Part shown: positions 62,451-64,000 of the stretch, one piece after another | Layout: each line of letters begins with the position of its first letter | Position numbering within the stretch: position 1 is the stretch's first letter | Position numbers and translations under genes: made by a program | Source of the DNA: Selaginella moellendorffii | Taxonomy: Eukaryota > Plantae > Lycopodiophyta | NCBI RefSeq assembly: GCF_000143415.4 | Contig: NW_003314284.1 | Coordinates: 602,693 to 666,692, forward strand | Direction: 5' to 3' | Length of the DNA: 64,000 nt | Notes under the pieces: model-generated | Told to the model about the DNA's origin: nothing | The model's database searches: none | Seen by the model: the letters and a program-made list of their open reading frames with translations, nothing else

Positions 62451-64000
62451 AAGCTAGCAGCTGGAAATAACGTGAGGCCACACGCCATTCACCACTGCAT
62501 CAGATGTCTTGAGGCTGCATCCTAAGATGGCGTGAGGCTACACGCCATCTGTAACCGGACTGCACTCGAGAGCCCAATCGGTGCATGCCAATGTTGCTAC
62601 TGAATGGCATGTGGCCTCATGCCATTTTCTACTTGGCCTAAAAGACTTACCATTTGAAGCCGAATGAAGGCGTGACAATCGAGGCCAGACTCGCTGGCGA
62701 ATGTGCACTGTGTGTGCAGCGGATCGTAGCAGCAAGGCTACTCTACCACTTACAGTTGGAGAGTGGCGCTGAAATCTCCCGGGATGCCAAGTGGGCTGTG
62801 TGTGGGTGGCGGAGTGGGCGGCGGAGTTGGCGGCGAAGTTACAAATTGGGTGTGTCTTGAAGTGGACGCCGATGCACACGAGCGCGATGCGAGCGCGAGT
62901 GTGATGCAAGCGCGAGTGGACGCCGATGCACACGAGAAACCTGTAGAGAAGGTAGATGAGTGCGAATGTGAGCGTGATCGCGAGTGGGAGCGCGATGCGA
63001 GCGCGAGTACGATGCAAAACCTAACCTCACACGCGTGAAATGTCACGACGGTTGGTAATCCCGCCACATCATCATTCCTCGGACTTGGGGGCCACCATTA
63101 ATTTCTGGATCGCCGCGCGCATGCATGCACATGAAATCCAAAAGAAATCCGCAACGTCATCATTCCTCGGACTGCATGCACGCGAAATCCAAAAGAAAGA
63201 TCATGATTGAGATATCATTTAATACCCTCGCTATATTTATACCATGCATGATTGGATATTCCAAAGCATCTTGTATTTCCAAAAATGCCAGATGTTCAGC
63301 TAAATAAAGAATGGTATACAATGTCCTTCTTGATGACCCTGCAAAGAAGCATCTCGATCGGACATCACATGAGACCACACGAGCCTTACAATGTTTCAGG
63401 GGCATTTGCCATAGATCCGACCGTTATTTTGCTCCAAGATTCTATAGTTTGGTGTGCATTGACCTTTCCATCGACACTGCAAAGGGACATCACAATCAGA
63501 TGCGGGATCACAAGAAACCAACTTCACTAACTCTGGTTTCACCAAGATCTACGTAAGGAGTTATGAAATGAAAGGACCCTCTCTATTGAAATGTGTTTAT
63601 GGTCCTAGGGGCATTGTGACATATCAAAGGATTTTGCATCAAGTTCTGTATTTACATGTTTATCAAGCTACTGAATTGCTAAACCCTAAACCCTCCCTAA
63701 ATATGTGGCAAATGTTGCGTGAAGAAAGATGCCCTTTCTGGGCAAATGCTGTAAGAGGCAAATGCCGAGCAGTTACACGGCGAATAATCTTGGCGCGGAT
63801 CGCTGATATGGCATGGCAAAGTTCGAATCATTGACATGGCATAGCTGGATCGAGGCAAGGACATGATGTGACAAAGTTCAACGTCTGACAGCAAAGTTTA
63901 GAAGGTACTCAGTTTGAAATTTGTCAGAGGAATTATAAAATCTGGTTTGTCAGAGGATTTGATGTGACGTTCAAGCGTGTGGGCTCATGCAATTTTGATC

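Larger units (their letters stand above)
55825..62625. repeat. Dispersed 22-bp palindrome family ATGGCRTG-N6-CAYGCCAT (10 clear copies)
   Basis: Copies start at 55825, 56902, 56977 (perfect ATGGCGTGTGATCACACGCCAT), 58216, 58407, 58548, 60045, 62467, 62527 and 62604; three have one degenerate arm. Confidence 0.88.

Noticed and set aside
62538-63900. ORFs over GC-rich direct repeats (62860-63010, 63068-63200) and a short AAACCCT repeat at ~63681
   Set aside because: Repeat-derived ORFs with no recognisable transposase motif; the telomere-like stretch is only two units. The region may belong to the ParB-like element, but its terminus is not identifiable here.

Overview
Eukaryotic plant genomic DNA, most consistent with the lycophyte Selaginella. 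This is an inference from very compact gene spacing, ~45-60 nt GT-AG introns and short-repeat PLS-class PPR genes. Layout: (i) 1-9.5 kb, nested Ty3/gypsy LTR retroelements, including a full-length element 1078-8173 with a perfect CTATC target-site duplication (TSD); (ii) a divergent nodulin-like MFS transporter + 2OG-Fe(II) dioxygenase pair present twice as a ~3.6 kb inverted duplication (11.2-14.9 kb and 41.5-45.1 kb); (iii) between the two copies, a dense block with a small TM protein, a serine-rich protein, a chromodomain exon set, a PPR gene, DNA polymerase alpha, ANKZF1/Vms1, a hidden 2-exon secreted YvgO-like protein, an LRR receptor-like protein and INTS9; (iv) PR-17, pseudogene debris, an intronless orphan with a zinc-deaminase signature (CAE...RCxxC) and a tandem TRIM; (v) from ~55.4 kb, an element-like region with what reads as one large, disabled minus-strand gene (ParB/Srx-like + degenerate DNA amino-methyltransferase-like + acidic linker + FCP1/HAD-like), about ten dispersed 22-bp palindromes (ATGGCRTG-N6-CAYGCCAT) and an inserted solo LTR. 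The strongest novelty candidates are the ParB-like/palindrome system, the orphan deaminase and the YvgO-like secreted protein. All domain assignments are motif recognition by eye and need profile searches.
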